From the human T2T-CHM13v2.0 reference genome, Homo sapiens, in NCBI RefSeq assembly GCF_009914755.1, contig NC_060934.1: DNA of 64,000 nucleotides; one strand, 5' to 3'. Position 1 is the stretch's first letter. Every line of letters begins with the position of its first letter. The position numbers were made by a program, and so were the translations under genes. Below the pieces are notes generated by a model. The model was not told where the DNA came from. It ran no database searches and worked only from the letters and a program-made list of their open reading frames with translations. Of this stretch, positions 1 through 20,356 are shown piece by piece.

Positions 1-690
1 GAAAGGAGAAGAGGCACAACTTATTAGCATACGAATGAAAGAAGGCATATTGCTACAAACACTGCAGACATTCAAATAATAATGAGAGAATATTATGAAC
101 AATTTTATGTTCATAAATTTGACAACTTAAAAGAAATGGACCAATTCCAGCTGGGCATGGTGGCTCATGCCTGTAATTCCAGTGCTTTGGGAGGCTGAGG
201 TGGGCGGACGGCTTGAGCTCAGGAGTTTGAGACCAGTCTGGGCAATATGGTTAAATCCCATTTCTACAAAAAATATAAAAAATTTTCCCGGGGGGTGGTG
301 GCATGCAACTGTAGTCCAAGCCACTCAGGGGCTTGAGAGTGGGAGGTAGAGGTTCCAGTGAGCCAAGGATCACACTATTGCACTCCAGCCTGGGCAACAC
401 AGCAAGACGCTGTCTCAAAAAATACATAAATAAAAAAAAATGGACCAATTCCTTGAATACCAAAAATTATCAAAACTCACTCAAAATTAAATAGACAATC
501 TGTATAAAACAAGTTGACTTTGTAGTTGAAACTCTTCTGAAAAAGAATTGTCTAGGCCCAGATAATTTCACTCGAAAATTTGAATAAATATTTTAAGAAG
601 AAATACATAAGACCAATTTTACTCAATCTCTTTCATAAAATAGAAGAGGGGAGAACACGTCCAAATTCATTTTATAAATGGTGACAACCA
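1..690 (+). mobile_element. Old L1M ORF2 fragment, interrupted by an Alu
   Basis: A-rich L1 ORF2-like sequence (gaatattatgaacaattttatg...aaatttgacaactta...ggcccagataatttcact...aaattcattttata) that continues on both sides of the Alu. Confidence 0.7.
149..440 (+). mobile_element. AluJ-type SINE with 15-bp TSD
   Basis: Alu dimer with J-like gcttgagctcaggagtttgagaccagtctgggcaa; TSD aaatggaccaattcc at 134-148 and 438-452. Confidence 0.9.
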
Positions 691-743
691 TCTATAAAAC
701 GACCCAAAGGTTATTCCCTGGGGAATGAGACAAGGACAAGAAA

Positions 744-762
744 TCTCTCTCTCTGTCTCTCC

Positions 763-789
<27 letters not shown>
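744..789. repeat. (TC)n then (TA)n microsatellite
   Basis: tctctctctctgtctctcc followed by (at)n. Confidence 0.9.
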
Positions 790-793
<4 letters not shown>

Positions 794-2309
794 CTTAAGC
801 CTTTTTTGGAGGGCAGAGTAATTTGATTTTTAATTATGTACATGCATTACCTTGATTATAATGTGATTAAATATAAGTATCCTGGTTGCAGGCCTGAGAA
901 ACATCCAGCATAAATGTCAGCTCTCTTGCCCCATGGACTCTACCCTGGAAGCCCCGTAACCTGGCTGTCATTTTCTCTTTTCTCATCTTAAAATCTCTTT
1001 ATCTCCCAACAACTGCAGAGCTGTCTCAGAGTACTTTCCACTGCAGGTCATTTGACTTGTCTCTTCTCAGCTTTCTCTCTCTCTTTTTTTTTTTTTTTTT
1101 GTTTGCTAATTTCCCCTAAAGGAGGTCCTTGGTCCACCAAATTCATGTGAGTTCAGAGTTTTTTTCCACAATCAGCCTCAGGAGAACAATCAATGAGGTC
1201 TTAGAAAAGAATTCACATCGAGGAAATCCCCTTTGAGCTGACTGCATGAATTCCAGTTCCGTTCGTGATTTCATGCTTGCCAAGCACCAAGAGTGTATCA
1301 GGGGACTCATAGAGAGGGCAGTTGGGGCACACATGGGAGGTCATGACACCATGAATTGGGAAACTGCACTGGCCAGCGGTGTGACTGACCTTGGGAAAGT
1401 GTCCATTTCGGGTAGGTGAGAGGGGCTGCGCCATGCTATGCAACCCACTTGGGAGGATTATGAAAGTTTGGGGGCAGCATGGAGTTAAAAGTTCTCAGAC
1501 ATGAGATAATCCCATGGCCATTGCTCAACCTGGATGGAGCCCAGGATAAAGGAGTCAGAACCACATAGAATGGACTGAAGGTCCATTCTCATCTCAGGAA
1601 GGAGATCTGGTTGGCAGAAGCGGTCCTTGTGAAGAACAAGATGTTTTTGAAAACACTCTGAGCCACTTGTTCATGCCAGATGTCACTGCATGGATCTCAG
1701 CCTTATCCGTAGCCCAATGCAGAGGCTTACCAGCCCTTTCAGAAACCTTGGTACAGGTGGCTGTTTTTGACACACTGAAATGTGCAGTGACAGTAGCAAA
1801 GATTGGGGGTGGTCTGGCTGATTTCACATCTGAGGGCTGATTTCTCCCATGTTTGGTCAGTGTTTGGGCATAATCCGAGGCACCTCAAGCCTTGCTCAGG
1901 CATTGCTCTATGGGAACAGAACATCTGCTACTCACCACAGGCAGCCCAGTGGAGAAGCTGTGAGGTTACTGGGTAGAACCTCTCTTGAGGGGTCTGCTGT
2001 GAGCCCCTGAGCACCCAGAAGGCACAGCACAGAGAGCAGCACAGGCAGGACAAATCTTGTCTCCAAAGGGCCCTGCCTAGGCCCTGCAGCGCATACAAGT
2101 TCGATCAGATTTGAGAAAACAGTAGACAGGCTCTGGTAGAGCAGCAAAGACCTGCAGAATCAACCACTTTCTTCCTCCTGAAGCACAGACATTGGAGTAG
2201 TCTCTACTCCAAAGGCCCTCATTTAGGGGAAACTAGGAATAAAAGAGCTGAAATGAGACAGGTCAGATGACCTGTAATTGAAAGGACTGAGACAGCTCCG
2301 CAAACAATT

Positions 2310-2530
2310 ATAACAGCAATGTGTATGCCACACTCACTTTAAGCAATGCACTGTTCTGATGGCTGTATGCACCCTGACTATGATCTTGGTCACTCTTACA
2401 ACAATCCTGGGTTGTTAGTGTCACCATCTGGTAGATAAGGAGACTTAGGTGAACAGGGGCTCAACTTACCACCAATAAGTGGCAGAGCCATGATTCAAAT
2501 CTGGACAGACTGGTCCCAGCATGCAACCTG
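2310..2530 (-). mobile_element. MIR fragment
   Basis: Similar to the reverse MIR core (gataaggagacttagg...aataagtggcagagccatgattcaaatctggacagactgg). Confidence 0.55.
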
Positions 2531-3854
2531 GTCTAAACTTCCTCTTTCCTTCCATGAAGCAGTGCCTATCCGGATGTGCCAAGGTCCCTCTCAGCTAATG
2601 CCATGGTTTCTTTGTTGTGTGGAATTATCACATGTCTCAACTGAAGCAGTGTTGTGGTCTTTGAAGCACAATTTTAAAAATTATGTGTTTCTGATAATGT
2701 CCAGGCATATATATAAAACTTTAACATCAAATGGCATTTAACACCTTTATCTCATCCTTGAGACTTAGACTGAAGCACATTTTTAAGCCTTGCCTATTTG
2801 TGTCCTTCCTTCAGTGGACTGAGTTGGGAGTAGAACTCAGAACCCTGAAACCTGAGTGTTCTTAAGAAAAGCTCCAATCCTGTATGAGGTGTAGGTTCCA
2901 AAAGATAAGAGCCCCTGAGCTGAGATACAGGGCAAAGGTGTGATCAGGAGAGTGTCAAACACCAAGACAACAGAAACACACATGCACAGTGCTGAAGTAA
3001 CGAGGAGGAGGAACAGACCGACGATAGATGAGTAAACTCAGAAATCAAGATGGGGGTAATGAGGGAGCCACAGATGAGATGCATGGTTTCCAATGTTCAG
3101 TTGGCTCCAGGTTGAGCTCAGAGTGGGCTGCCCTGTGGGACAGCCTTCTTAACATATTATGGTGGGCTGCAACTGGCCACAGCAAACAGGAACAAAATTA
3201 AAACACTGTCTTCTTCTCTTCCATTATGATCTGTAGCTTTTCCCCACACTCAGTTGATGCGCCTCAGGGTCTGAGCCTTTCTTTCTCTCTTCCCCTCACT
3301 CCTTCACCTCCAGTGCACAACATAATTTTTGGCTCATTGCACTATCATCTTTGGTCAATGCATAACCCTCTTTTATTCATGTGTTCATGTATGTAATTAG
3401 CTATATATTTTTGATAATGTAACACCTACGAGATACTGTCCACCACAAAAACTGGGACCTTACCAATAGCCCACAACTGTATTCCACCCCATCCTTTCCA
3501 CTCATCTCATTCTGACTTTGCTGGGCTCTAAGCACTTTGTCTTTGTGAGTCCCTTCCTTTATTAAAAATTATATTTATATGCATAATTATCATTATATTA
3601 TTTTTTCTTTATGATTCTAAATGTAACTAAAATTAAAACATTTGTGTGGGACCTTAACATTATCATGGACCCTATGCATTGTTGTGCTTATTGTGTTTAA
3701 CAGATAAGTTGACCCTGAACCCACCTAGTTTAACCATCTTCCTGTACCTGGTGTTTATTAATACCCTGTTTTCCTTTTAATAAGACTTTATTTACCTATA
3801 TTAATATAGGTGCATCTGTGCATGTGTGTGTAAATAGTTAATGTACAAAGAGAA

Positions 3855-4715
3855 TGTGGGACATCCAGCAAGTGAAAAGTTTGGAAATCATCCCCTCTAT
3901 TCTTATAGCAAGAAAAAGCTGTACAAATTGAAAATCAACAGCTTTTCTTACATCTATCATGGAATGGAGGTCATAGGGCAAACTGCCATCCTGAAATGTG
4001 CTGGAGGGACCAGCAAATCCAGAGGGTCATAGCCAAGGTCTGCTCACCCAGACCTGAGGCTACTGGGGCCATACACTTGTGGGAGCACTGCAGTGGTAAT
4101 TTTGATGGATTGCTGGAAACAATGTGGACTAGCATGAGTGGGAAATTCCTGGGGGCACAGTCTTGGGGAAGGGGTGGTCTTCACACTTTTACTGGCTTTA
4201 TCTTTCATAATCCAACCAGATTCTCATGGTAAAGAGCCAAGAATTATCTCCTCCTGGCTGTGGTAGAGGCAAGAAAAGAGTACTTGTTTAGAAGTATGCC
4301 CGGTGAGTTCTCCAAAACAAAGCTTTCTCCAGGGTAAAAGACTTACCAGGGCCTTCTCCCACTGGGGGAAAGGACATTTCTCCAACTCCACTGCCCCTCC
4401 CAGCTTTCCTGTATCTCTTAAGAGTAGGGTAGAAGCTAAAAAAAACACTTGTGAAGGCCACAGGCCAGGGACACAGGCACACAACAGACTGAGATTTAAT
4501 CCTGTAATTACAGAAAGTACCCCATCCCCTAACATACACACCTTACAACCACACCAACAAGGCTCTAGTGTAACAACAGCTAAAGAAACTGCAAGGTTCA
4601 CACTCTATCAAAGGTGTTCTTTGGGAAGCCCAAATCAACAGTAAGGACAAAAATAAGGAAGGACACTAGAGGAATGGGAAACCTCTGGAACAGGAAGCTA
4701 CAGCAAACATTAAGG
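3855..4715 (+). mobile_element. Ancient L1M 5' UTR region (L1MCa/L1MDa-like)
   Basis: gaaaaagctgtacaaattgaaaatcaacagcttttctt...agggcaaactgccatcctgaaat resembles old L1M 5' ends. Confidence 0.5.
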
Positions 4716-6045
4716 GAATAAAACACCTTGACTTGGTTCCTCCTTCTTGGACCTTCTCTTTTGAAAAGTGAATTTCCCATTAAAAAAAAGGATGGTGTCT
4801 CATCCTACCTGATCTATGTAAATCCTCTAGAGCACAGAAACTCTATGGGCTAGAACCAAACACCACTGGTATTTTGTCAACTTGGAAAAGAAACAAAGCT
4901 CTGTTAATGAATAGAATTTTCTTAATTTGACATAGCTTGCCCATGAATTTTTCTAAAAGCTTTGTTATCTGATGGTGCTTGCTTGCCTCCATTCTCCTGT
5001 AACTTAGTATGTGATTTCAGCCAGGTAAGCATACCGTGGGTGGCCGCATTAGCCAAAATGCACTTCTTAGTATTTATTCAGTCATCTGAACTAGTTTAAA
5101 AACAACTTTTGGTGGATGTGCATGAGTGAATAAGAATATTTATTTTGTTAGGTTCTTAACTATCTTTTCCCTTAAGGCAAAAACATGTATTCTGGTCCTT
5201 GGGCAAATTAGTACAACAATGGGATTTAGATGAACTGACACTACTTCCTCGTGAGCTCCCCCTTCCTCAGAAGGCACTTGGGAAAGCATGTGAACAAGTT
5301 CCTTTACTCAGGATTGTGAGTGGCGAGGCTGCTTGGACCATGATTTCCAGTTTCCAGGACTTGCCCAAGAGGATTCCTTCCCAGCCTGTTGTTGGAGACA
5401 AGTGGGATCTTCTTCCTGAGAGAACTGCCTGCTACACCCACTGTCTCCTGCATCATTTTATTCTGAATGTCTCCAGTTATTTCAACTATCTTGGGAAGGA
5501 CTCTGGGAAAATGAAAGCTGTGTATGTCACCTATGAGTTTCTTACAACAGGAACCATGTTCTACCCTGCATTGATGGCTAATTGATTAAAAATGGTGCAA
5601 ATGCTGCTGTGATCTTGGTAAATCCTTCTCAATAGAACTTGTTTTTGGTTTTTCACCAATATGTGAATGACACATGTCACTGAGACAGTGACTGGAGTTG
5701 ATTACCAAGGATTGTGAATAAAATATTTTTTCAAGATGCCCATTCTCTTATAGGATTTGCATCCCAAAACCCCAGTTCTCAGGGTAAGAAACATACTTTG
5801 CTGAAAGACATTCAAAATTCCAGTACAGAGCTCCATTAACTAGCTGGATGAATAGCAAAGATTCAGCATCCACTGTGTGTGAATTACGTCTAGAAAGATT
5901 CTCATCCCTACCCTCATGAAGATCATAATCTGGTGGAAAAGCTGAGGCACGTTCAAGGAAAAAATCCAGGGGATGCATGAAACTGACAGGCAAACAAGCA
6001 GTTCATGGATGAGGAAACCCACCAGGCATTATTAATACAGGTTGG

Positions 6046-7079
6046 GAGGGAGGAGCCAAGATGGCCGAATAGGAACAGCTCTGGTCTACAGCTCCCAGCG
6101 TGAGTGACGTAGAAGATGGGTGATTTCTGCATTTCCAACTGAGGTACTGGGTTCATCTCACTGGGGAGTGCCAGACAGTAGGTGCAGGACAGTGGGTGCA
6201 GTGCACCGTGAGTGAGCAGAAGCAGGGCGAGACATCACCTCACCTGGAAAGTGCAAGGGGTCAGGGAATTCCCTTTCCTAGTCAAAGAAAGGGGTGACAG
6301 ACGGCATCTGGAAAATCTGGTCACTCCCACCCTAATACTGCGCTTTCCCAATGGGCTTAAAAAATGGCACACCAGGAGATTATATTCTGCACTTGGCTTG
6401 GAGGGTCCTATGCCCACAGAGTCTCACTCACTGCTAGCACAGCAGTCTGAGATCAAACTGCAAGGCGGCAGCAAGGCTGGGGGATGGGCACCTACCATTG
6501 CCCAGTTAGTTGTTTGATTAGTTAACAAAGCAGCTGGGAAGCTCCAACTGGGTGGAGCCCACCACAGCTCAAGGAGGCCTGCCTGCCTCTGTAGGCTCCA
6601 CCTCTGGGGGCAGGGCACAGACAAACAAAAAGACAGCAGTAACCTCTGCAGACTTAAATGTCCCTCTCTGACAGCTTTGAAGAGAGTAGTGGTTCTCCCA
6701 GCACACAGCTTGAGATTTAAGAATGGGCAGACTGCCTCCTCAAGTGGGTCCCTCACCCCTGAGTAGCCTAACTGGGAGGCACCCCACAGTAGGGGCAGAC
6801 TGACACCTCACACGGCTGGGTACTCCTCTGAGACAAAACTTCCAGAGGAACGATCAGACAGCAGCATTTGCAGTTCACCAATATCCGCTGTTCTGTAGCC
6901 ACCACTGCTGATACCCAGGCAAAAAGGGTCTGGAGTGGACCTCTAGCAAACTCCAACAGACCTGCAGCTGAGGGTCCTGTCTGTTAGAAGGAAAACTAAT
7001 AAACAGAAAGGACAGCCACACCAAAAACCCATCTGTACGTCACTATCATCAAAGACCAAAGGTAGACAAAACCACAAAG
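6046..7079 (+). promoter_or_regulatory. L1 5'UTR internal promoter: YY1 motif at 6057-6066, retained ~129-bp ZNF93-target segment at ~6824-6951
   Basis: caagatggcc motif; the segment between two actcc repeats (6822 and 6950) is the one absent from L1PA2/L1HS (established knowledge). Confidence 0.7.
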
Positions 7080-7689
7080 ATGGGAAAAAAACAGAGCAGA
7101 AAAACTGGAAACTCTAAAAATCAGAGCACCTCTCCTCCTCCAGAGGAACGCAGCTCCTTACAAGCAATGGAACAAAGCTGGACGGATGACGACTTTGATG
7201 AATTGAGAGATGAAGGCTTCAGACGATCAAACTTCTCCGAGCTACAGGAGGAAATTCGAACCAATGGCAAAGAAGTTAAAAGCTTTGAAAAAAAATTAGA
7301 CGAATGGATAACTAGAATAACCAATGCAGAGAAGTCCTTAAAGGACCTGATGGAGCTGAAAACCAAGGTACGAGAGCTACATGACGAATGCAGAAGCCTC
7401 AGTAGCCAATGCAATCAACTGGAAGAAAGGGTATCAGTGATGGAAGACAAAATGAAAGAAATGAAGTGATAAGAGAAGTTTAAAGAAAAAAGAATAAAAA
7501 GAAACGAACAAAGCCTCCAAGAAATATGGGACTACGTGAAAAGACCAAATCTATGTCTGATTGGTGTACCTGAAAGTGATGGGGAGAATGAAACCAAGTT
7601 GGAAAACACTCTGCAGGATATTATCCAGGAGAACTTCCCCAACCTAGCAAGGCAGGCCAACATTCAGATTCAGGAAATACAGAAAATGC
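7080..7689 (+). pseudogene. L1-A ORF1 remnant (premature TGA at 7467-7469, C-terminus deleted)
   Basis: MGKKQSRKTGNSK...ENFPNLARQANIQIQEIQ, then jumps directly into ORF2 sequence. Confidence 0.92.
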
Positions 7690-11439
<3,750 letters not shown>

Positions 11440-12394
11440 ACAATGAGAACACATGGACACAGGAAGGGGAACATCACACACCGGGGACTGTTGTGGGGTG
11501 GGGGGAGGGGGGAGGGATAGCATTAGGAGATATACCTAATGCTAAATGACAAGTTAATGGGTGCAGCACACCAACATGGCACATGTATACATATGTAACA
11601 AACCTGCACGTTGTGCACATGTACCCTAAAACTTAAAGTAGAATAATAAAAAAAATTGAAAGTAAAAATATATATATATATATATACAAGTTGGATTATT
11701 TCAGGATAGGCCATGTGATAAAGGAGGCAGGTGTGAAGCAGAAATCTAGTGACCCTCTAAGAGAGAATGGACTAATATTTGTTTGGAGGTAAACTGAACC
11801 AATTGCAAGTACAAGTGAAACTTTTGGTTGTGTATAAGAGAGCGAGCCCTTGCCACTTTGTTCAGTAAGTCACTTGATAGTTTCATTAATTCAGTTCATC
11901 ATTTTGGAACATACAGGGCTACGTACTCTGTATACACTCATTTGCTATCTGTCATAGCAACTAGGTATGTGTCTTCTCAGCCCTGTGTTAGACTGCAAGC
12001 AGCCAGTAGGCAGGGCTAGGATCCTGCTCATCATGTAGACCTGAAGGGGATCTTTTGATGAGTGGAGAACCATTGGTCTTAAAATGACTTGCAAAGGGAC
12101 ACCCACAATCTCGAGAATCACCATTTTGAATTCTAATTCTGAGTAAGGTGGCTAATGAAACTTTTTGGTTCACTGACTGAATTGATTCACAAACATGAAG
12201 TAGTTATTACTCTGTATGTTTAGAACAACATCCTCTTGTTTTTTTGGCCACTAAATACTTGCGACATTGGTTAGTGGAAAGCATAAATTAAAAACGGCAG
12301 CCTGAGTAAATGGATTATTCCAGTGGTTTGCACACATTTTTCGTAGTGACTAATCTTTATAAAACAAAATTTTAGGGGAAATCCCATTATAATC

Positions 12395-12620
12395 ATAAGA
12401 GATAATATATTCTGCACACTATATGCCAGGGGTACTGTAATAACTCTTTTCACTAATGAACTGATTTCATCTTTGTAACAATTCAATGAAATAGAATACT
12501 GTTGTCATTTGCAACTGAGAGTTGAGGAAACTGAAGCAAAGAGAAGTGATCTGGCTTGCCCTAGGACACACAGAGCCAGCCAGCCTGTAATGAGCCATGA
12601 TGCTAACATATACAGTCTGG
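12395..12620 (-). mobile_element. MIR
   Basis: gaggaaactgaagcaaagagaagtgatctggcttgccctaggacacacag matches the reverse MIR core. Confidence 0.7.
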
Positions 12621-12629
12621 CTCAGAGCC

Positions 12630-12838
12630 TGTGGATAAAGTCCCAAGGCTATCTGTGGAGAATTCCCTCTTGCCTGAGGAGGCCATTCTGTTTGTTCTAT
12701 TCAGTTTGCAATTGCAGGAGGCCAACCCTCATTATGTACATTATGGAGGGGCAATTGCTTTACTAAAAATTTACTGATTTAAATGTTAATATCTTCCAAA
12801 AACACCCTCCAAGTTGACACATAGAATTAACCACCACA
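12630..12838 (-). mobile_element. MLT2 (ERVL) LTR fragment
   Basis: Ends gttgacacatagaattaaccaccaca, the reverse complement of the MLT2 5' terminus. Confidence 0.7.
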
Positions 12839-13456
12839 CCAGGTCGTGGTAATAAAGGGGTCCCAGAGATGGTTCAAATGCTGTTCAGTAGAAAGCATTT
12901 CATGGTATGCAACAATCCAGAAGCACCTCCCTGGGACAAAATTTGACAACCACGGGTTGCTCCACAAAGCAGGTGTTATTACTTCTTTCCTTACTCCCAC
13001 ACCCACTAGTCTGACTCTCTCCTCTGAATGTCTTTTTTTCTTCTAAAATATGTGACTTTCTGTGCTAGACTGCTAAGGTCACTTAGATCCGTGGTCTCCA
13101 AACTTTCTGATTCCTCATCAATAGCAATAAAAAGTTTCGGAGTGTGCTCTCCTAATATTTGGAAATTTATAAATTAGACCCCACAATGAAACATCATAAG
13201 GCATACATAAAATAGAAAAACAAGGAAAGAGACAGTCTTCCTAAATGTCACATTTTGATGGCTTTATCTTAAGGTCAGTACACACTTGGCTAGAGGGTTA
13301 TTGCTATAGTATCTTAATGATATTTCAAATCCACCTCTTGATGATCTTAAATGACTTTTTGGCTAACTTTATGTCACCCATGATTATATCTTTATAGTCT
13401 TCCTAACATGGCTCATAATGAGCTCTTCTGACGAGTATGAGAAATGTCAGCTCTGA

Positions 13457-14044
<588 letters not shown>

Positions 14045-14077
<33 letters not shown>
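14045..14077. repeat. (CA)16 microsatellite at the end of the transduction
   Basis: Perfect CA run. Confidence 0.95.
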
Positions 14078-14080
<3 letters not shown>

Positions 14081-14154
14081 GCAGGAGCGGACATTCAAAA
14101 ACATATTCTGATGTTGACTGATAGTATTATTTAATGTAATAACTAACAGAGAAT

Positions 14155-14365
14155 GATTTCACTTACTGATTGTCTACTATATCCCTGTTACTTTACTAAT
14201 ATTATCTCCCCTCCTCACAAAAGCTTTTAAGTGTTATTGTCCATTTTACTGCAGACTAAACTACTTAAAAGAAGTTGGGTAACTTACTAGAAACCACACA
14301 CCAGAAAAAAGGCAGAATTGAGATTTAACTCTGAATGTTTCTTTCTCTAAAACTTTTACCCTTTT
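14155..14365 (-). mobile_element. MIR inside the transduced segment
   Basis: ttattgtccattttactgcagactaaact...gttgggtaacttactagaaaccacaca...ggcagaattgagatttaactctg is reverse MIR-like. Confidence 0.6.
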
Positions 14366-14563
14366 CACATCAGAGAACTTCTTTTTAATTGTTGACCCCG
14401 GAGAAAATTGCAGTTCTCTCTTTCAGCTTCCTGCCATACCTGAGCATCCGTAAGTCAGCTAAATTGAACTCTATGATTAATGAAACATTGGCATTTAACT
14501 CCATCAGAGGTCCTGCTTAGTTGCACAGGTGTCTGTCTCCTCTGTAAAGACTGTTTGCATTCA

Positions 14564-14869
14564 GGCCAGGGGTGGTGGCTCACCCCTGTAATACCAGCAC
14601 TTTGGGAGGCCGAAGCAGACGGATCACAAGGACAGGAGATCGAGACCATTCTGGCTAACACAGTGAAACCCTGTCTGTACTAAAAAATACAAAAAATTAG
14701 TCGGGCATCCTGGCAGGCGCCTGTAGTCCCAGTTACTCCGGAGGCTGAGGCAGGAGAATGGCATGAACCCGGGAGTTGGAGCTTGCGGTGAGCGGAGATC
14801 GTACCACTGCCCTTCAGCCTGGGGTCCAGAGGGAAACCCCATCTCAAAAAAAAAAAAAAAAAAAAAAAA
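14564..14869 (+). mobile_element. AluY-like SINE, unusually diverged
   Basis: Y diagnostics (gagatcgagaccat..ggctaacac, agaatggcatgaacccgg, ggagcttgc); long A tail; degenerate TSD aaagactgtttgcattca vs aaagactgctggctttca. Confidence 0.9.
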
Positions 14870-15152
14870 GACTGCTGGCTTTCAGAGAAAACTTGATTCC
14901 TCATAGCTCATTCTTTTTTTAAATTTTTTTAAATTTTTAAATTTTTTATTATACTTTAAGTTCTAGGGTACATGTGCACAATGGGCAGGTTTGTTACATA
15001 TGTATACATGTGCCATGTTGGTGTGCTGCACCCATTAACTCGTCATTTAGCATTAGGTATATCTCCTAATGCTATCCCTCCAACCTCCCCCAACCCCACT
15101 GCAGGCCCCAGTGTGTGATGTTCCCCTTCCTGTGTCCAGGTGTTCTCACTGT

Positions 15153-19276
<4,124 letters not shown>

Positions 19277-19339
19277 TATGATCTTAGCTGGTTATTTTGC
19301 TCGTTAGTTGATGCAGTTTCTTCCTAGCATCGATGGTCT

Positions 19340-20356
19340 TTACAACTTGGCATGTTTTTGCAGTGGCTGGTACTGATTTTTCCTTTCCATGTTTAGTGCT
19401 TCCTTCAGGAGCTCTTTTAGGGAAGGCCTGATGGTGACAAAATCTCTCAGCATTTGCTTGACTGTAAAGGATTTTATTTCTCCTTCATGTAGGAAGTTTA
19501 GTTTGGCTGGACATGAAATTCTGGGTTGAAAATTCTTTTCTTTAAGAATGTTGAATATTGGTCTCCACTCTCTTCTGGCTTGTAGAGTTTCTGCCGAGAG
19601 ATCCCCTGTTAGTCTGATGGGCTTCCCTTTGTGGGTAACCCAACCTTTCTCTCTGGCTGCTCTTAACATTTTTGCCTTCATTTCAACTTTGGTGAATCTG
19701 ACAATTATGTGTCTTGGAGTTGCTCTTCTTGAGGAGTATCTTTGTGGCATTCTCTGTATTTCCTGAATTTGAACGTTGGCCTGCCTTGCTAGATTGGGGA
19801 AGTTCTCCTGGATAATACCCTGCAGAGTGTTTTCCAACTTGGTTCTAGTCTCCCCATCACTTTCATGTACACCAATCAAATGTAGATTTGGTCTTTTCCC
19901 ATAGTCCCATATTTGTTGGAGGCTTTGTTCGTTTCTTTTTACTCTTTTTTTCTCTAAACTTCTCTTCTCACTTCATTTCATTCATTTGATCTTCAATCAC
20001 TGATGCCCTTTCTTCCAGTTGATCGAATTGGCTACTGAAGGTTGTGCATTCATCATGTGGTTCTCATGCCACAGTTTTCAGCTCCATCAGGTCATTTAAG
20101 GACTTCTCTACACTGGTTATTCTAGTTAGCCGTTTGTCTATTCTTTTTTCAAGGTTTTAGCTTCTTTACGATGAGTTCAAACTTCCTCCTTTAGCTCAGA
20201 GAAGTTTGATAGTCTGAAGCCTTCTTCTCTCAACTCATCAAAGTCATTCTCCGTCCAGCTTCATTTCATTGCTGGTAAGGAGCTGCGTTCCTTTGGAGGA
20301 AGAGAGGCGCTCTGAGTTTTAGAATTTTCAGCTATTCTGCTCTGTTTTTCCCCCAT
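19340..20356 (-). pseudogene. L1-B ORF1 remnant
   Basis: MGEKQSR... start at 20356; ORF 19340-19879 ENFPNLARQ...TPRHIIVRF...QPLQKHAKL. Confidence 0.92.

Larger units (their letters stand above)
14043..14913 (-). other. 3' transduction carried by L1-B
   Basis: Non-L1 sequence lying between the L1-B A-tail (14914-14950) and the TSD copy at 14029-14042. Confidence 0.82.

Noticed and set aside
1598-1756. Possible 159-nt open exon (EGDLVGRSGPCEEQ...)
   Set aside because: Weak donor (CAG|GTGGCT), short pyrimidine tract and no recognisable protein.
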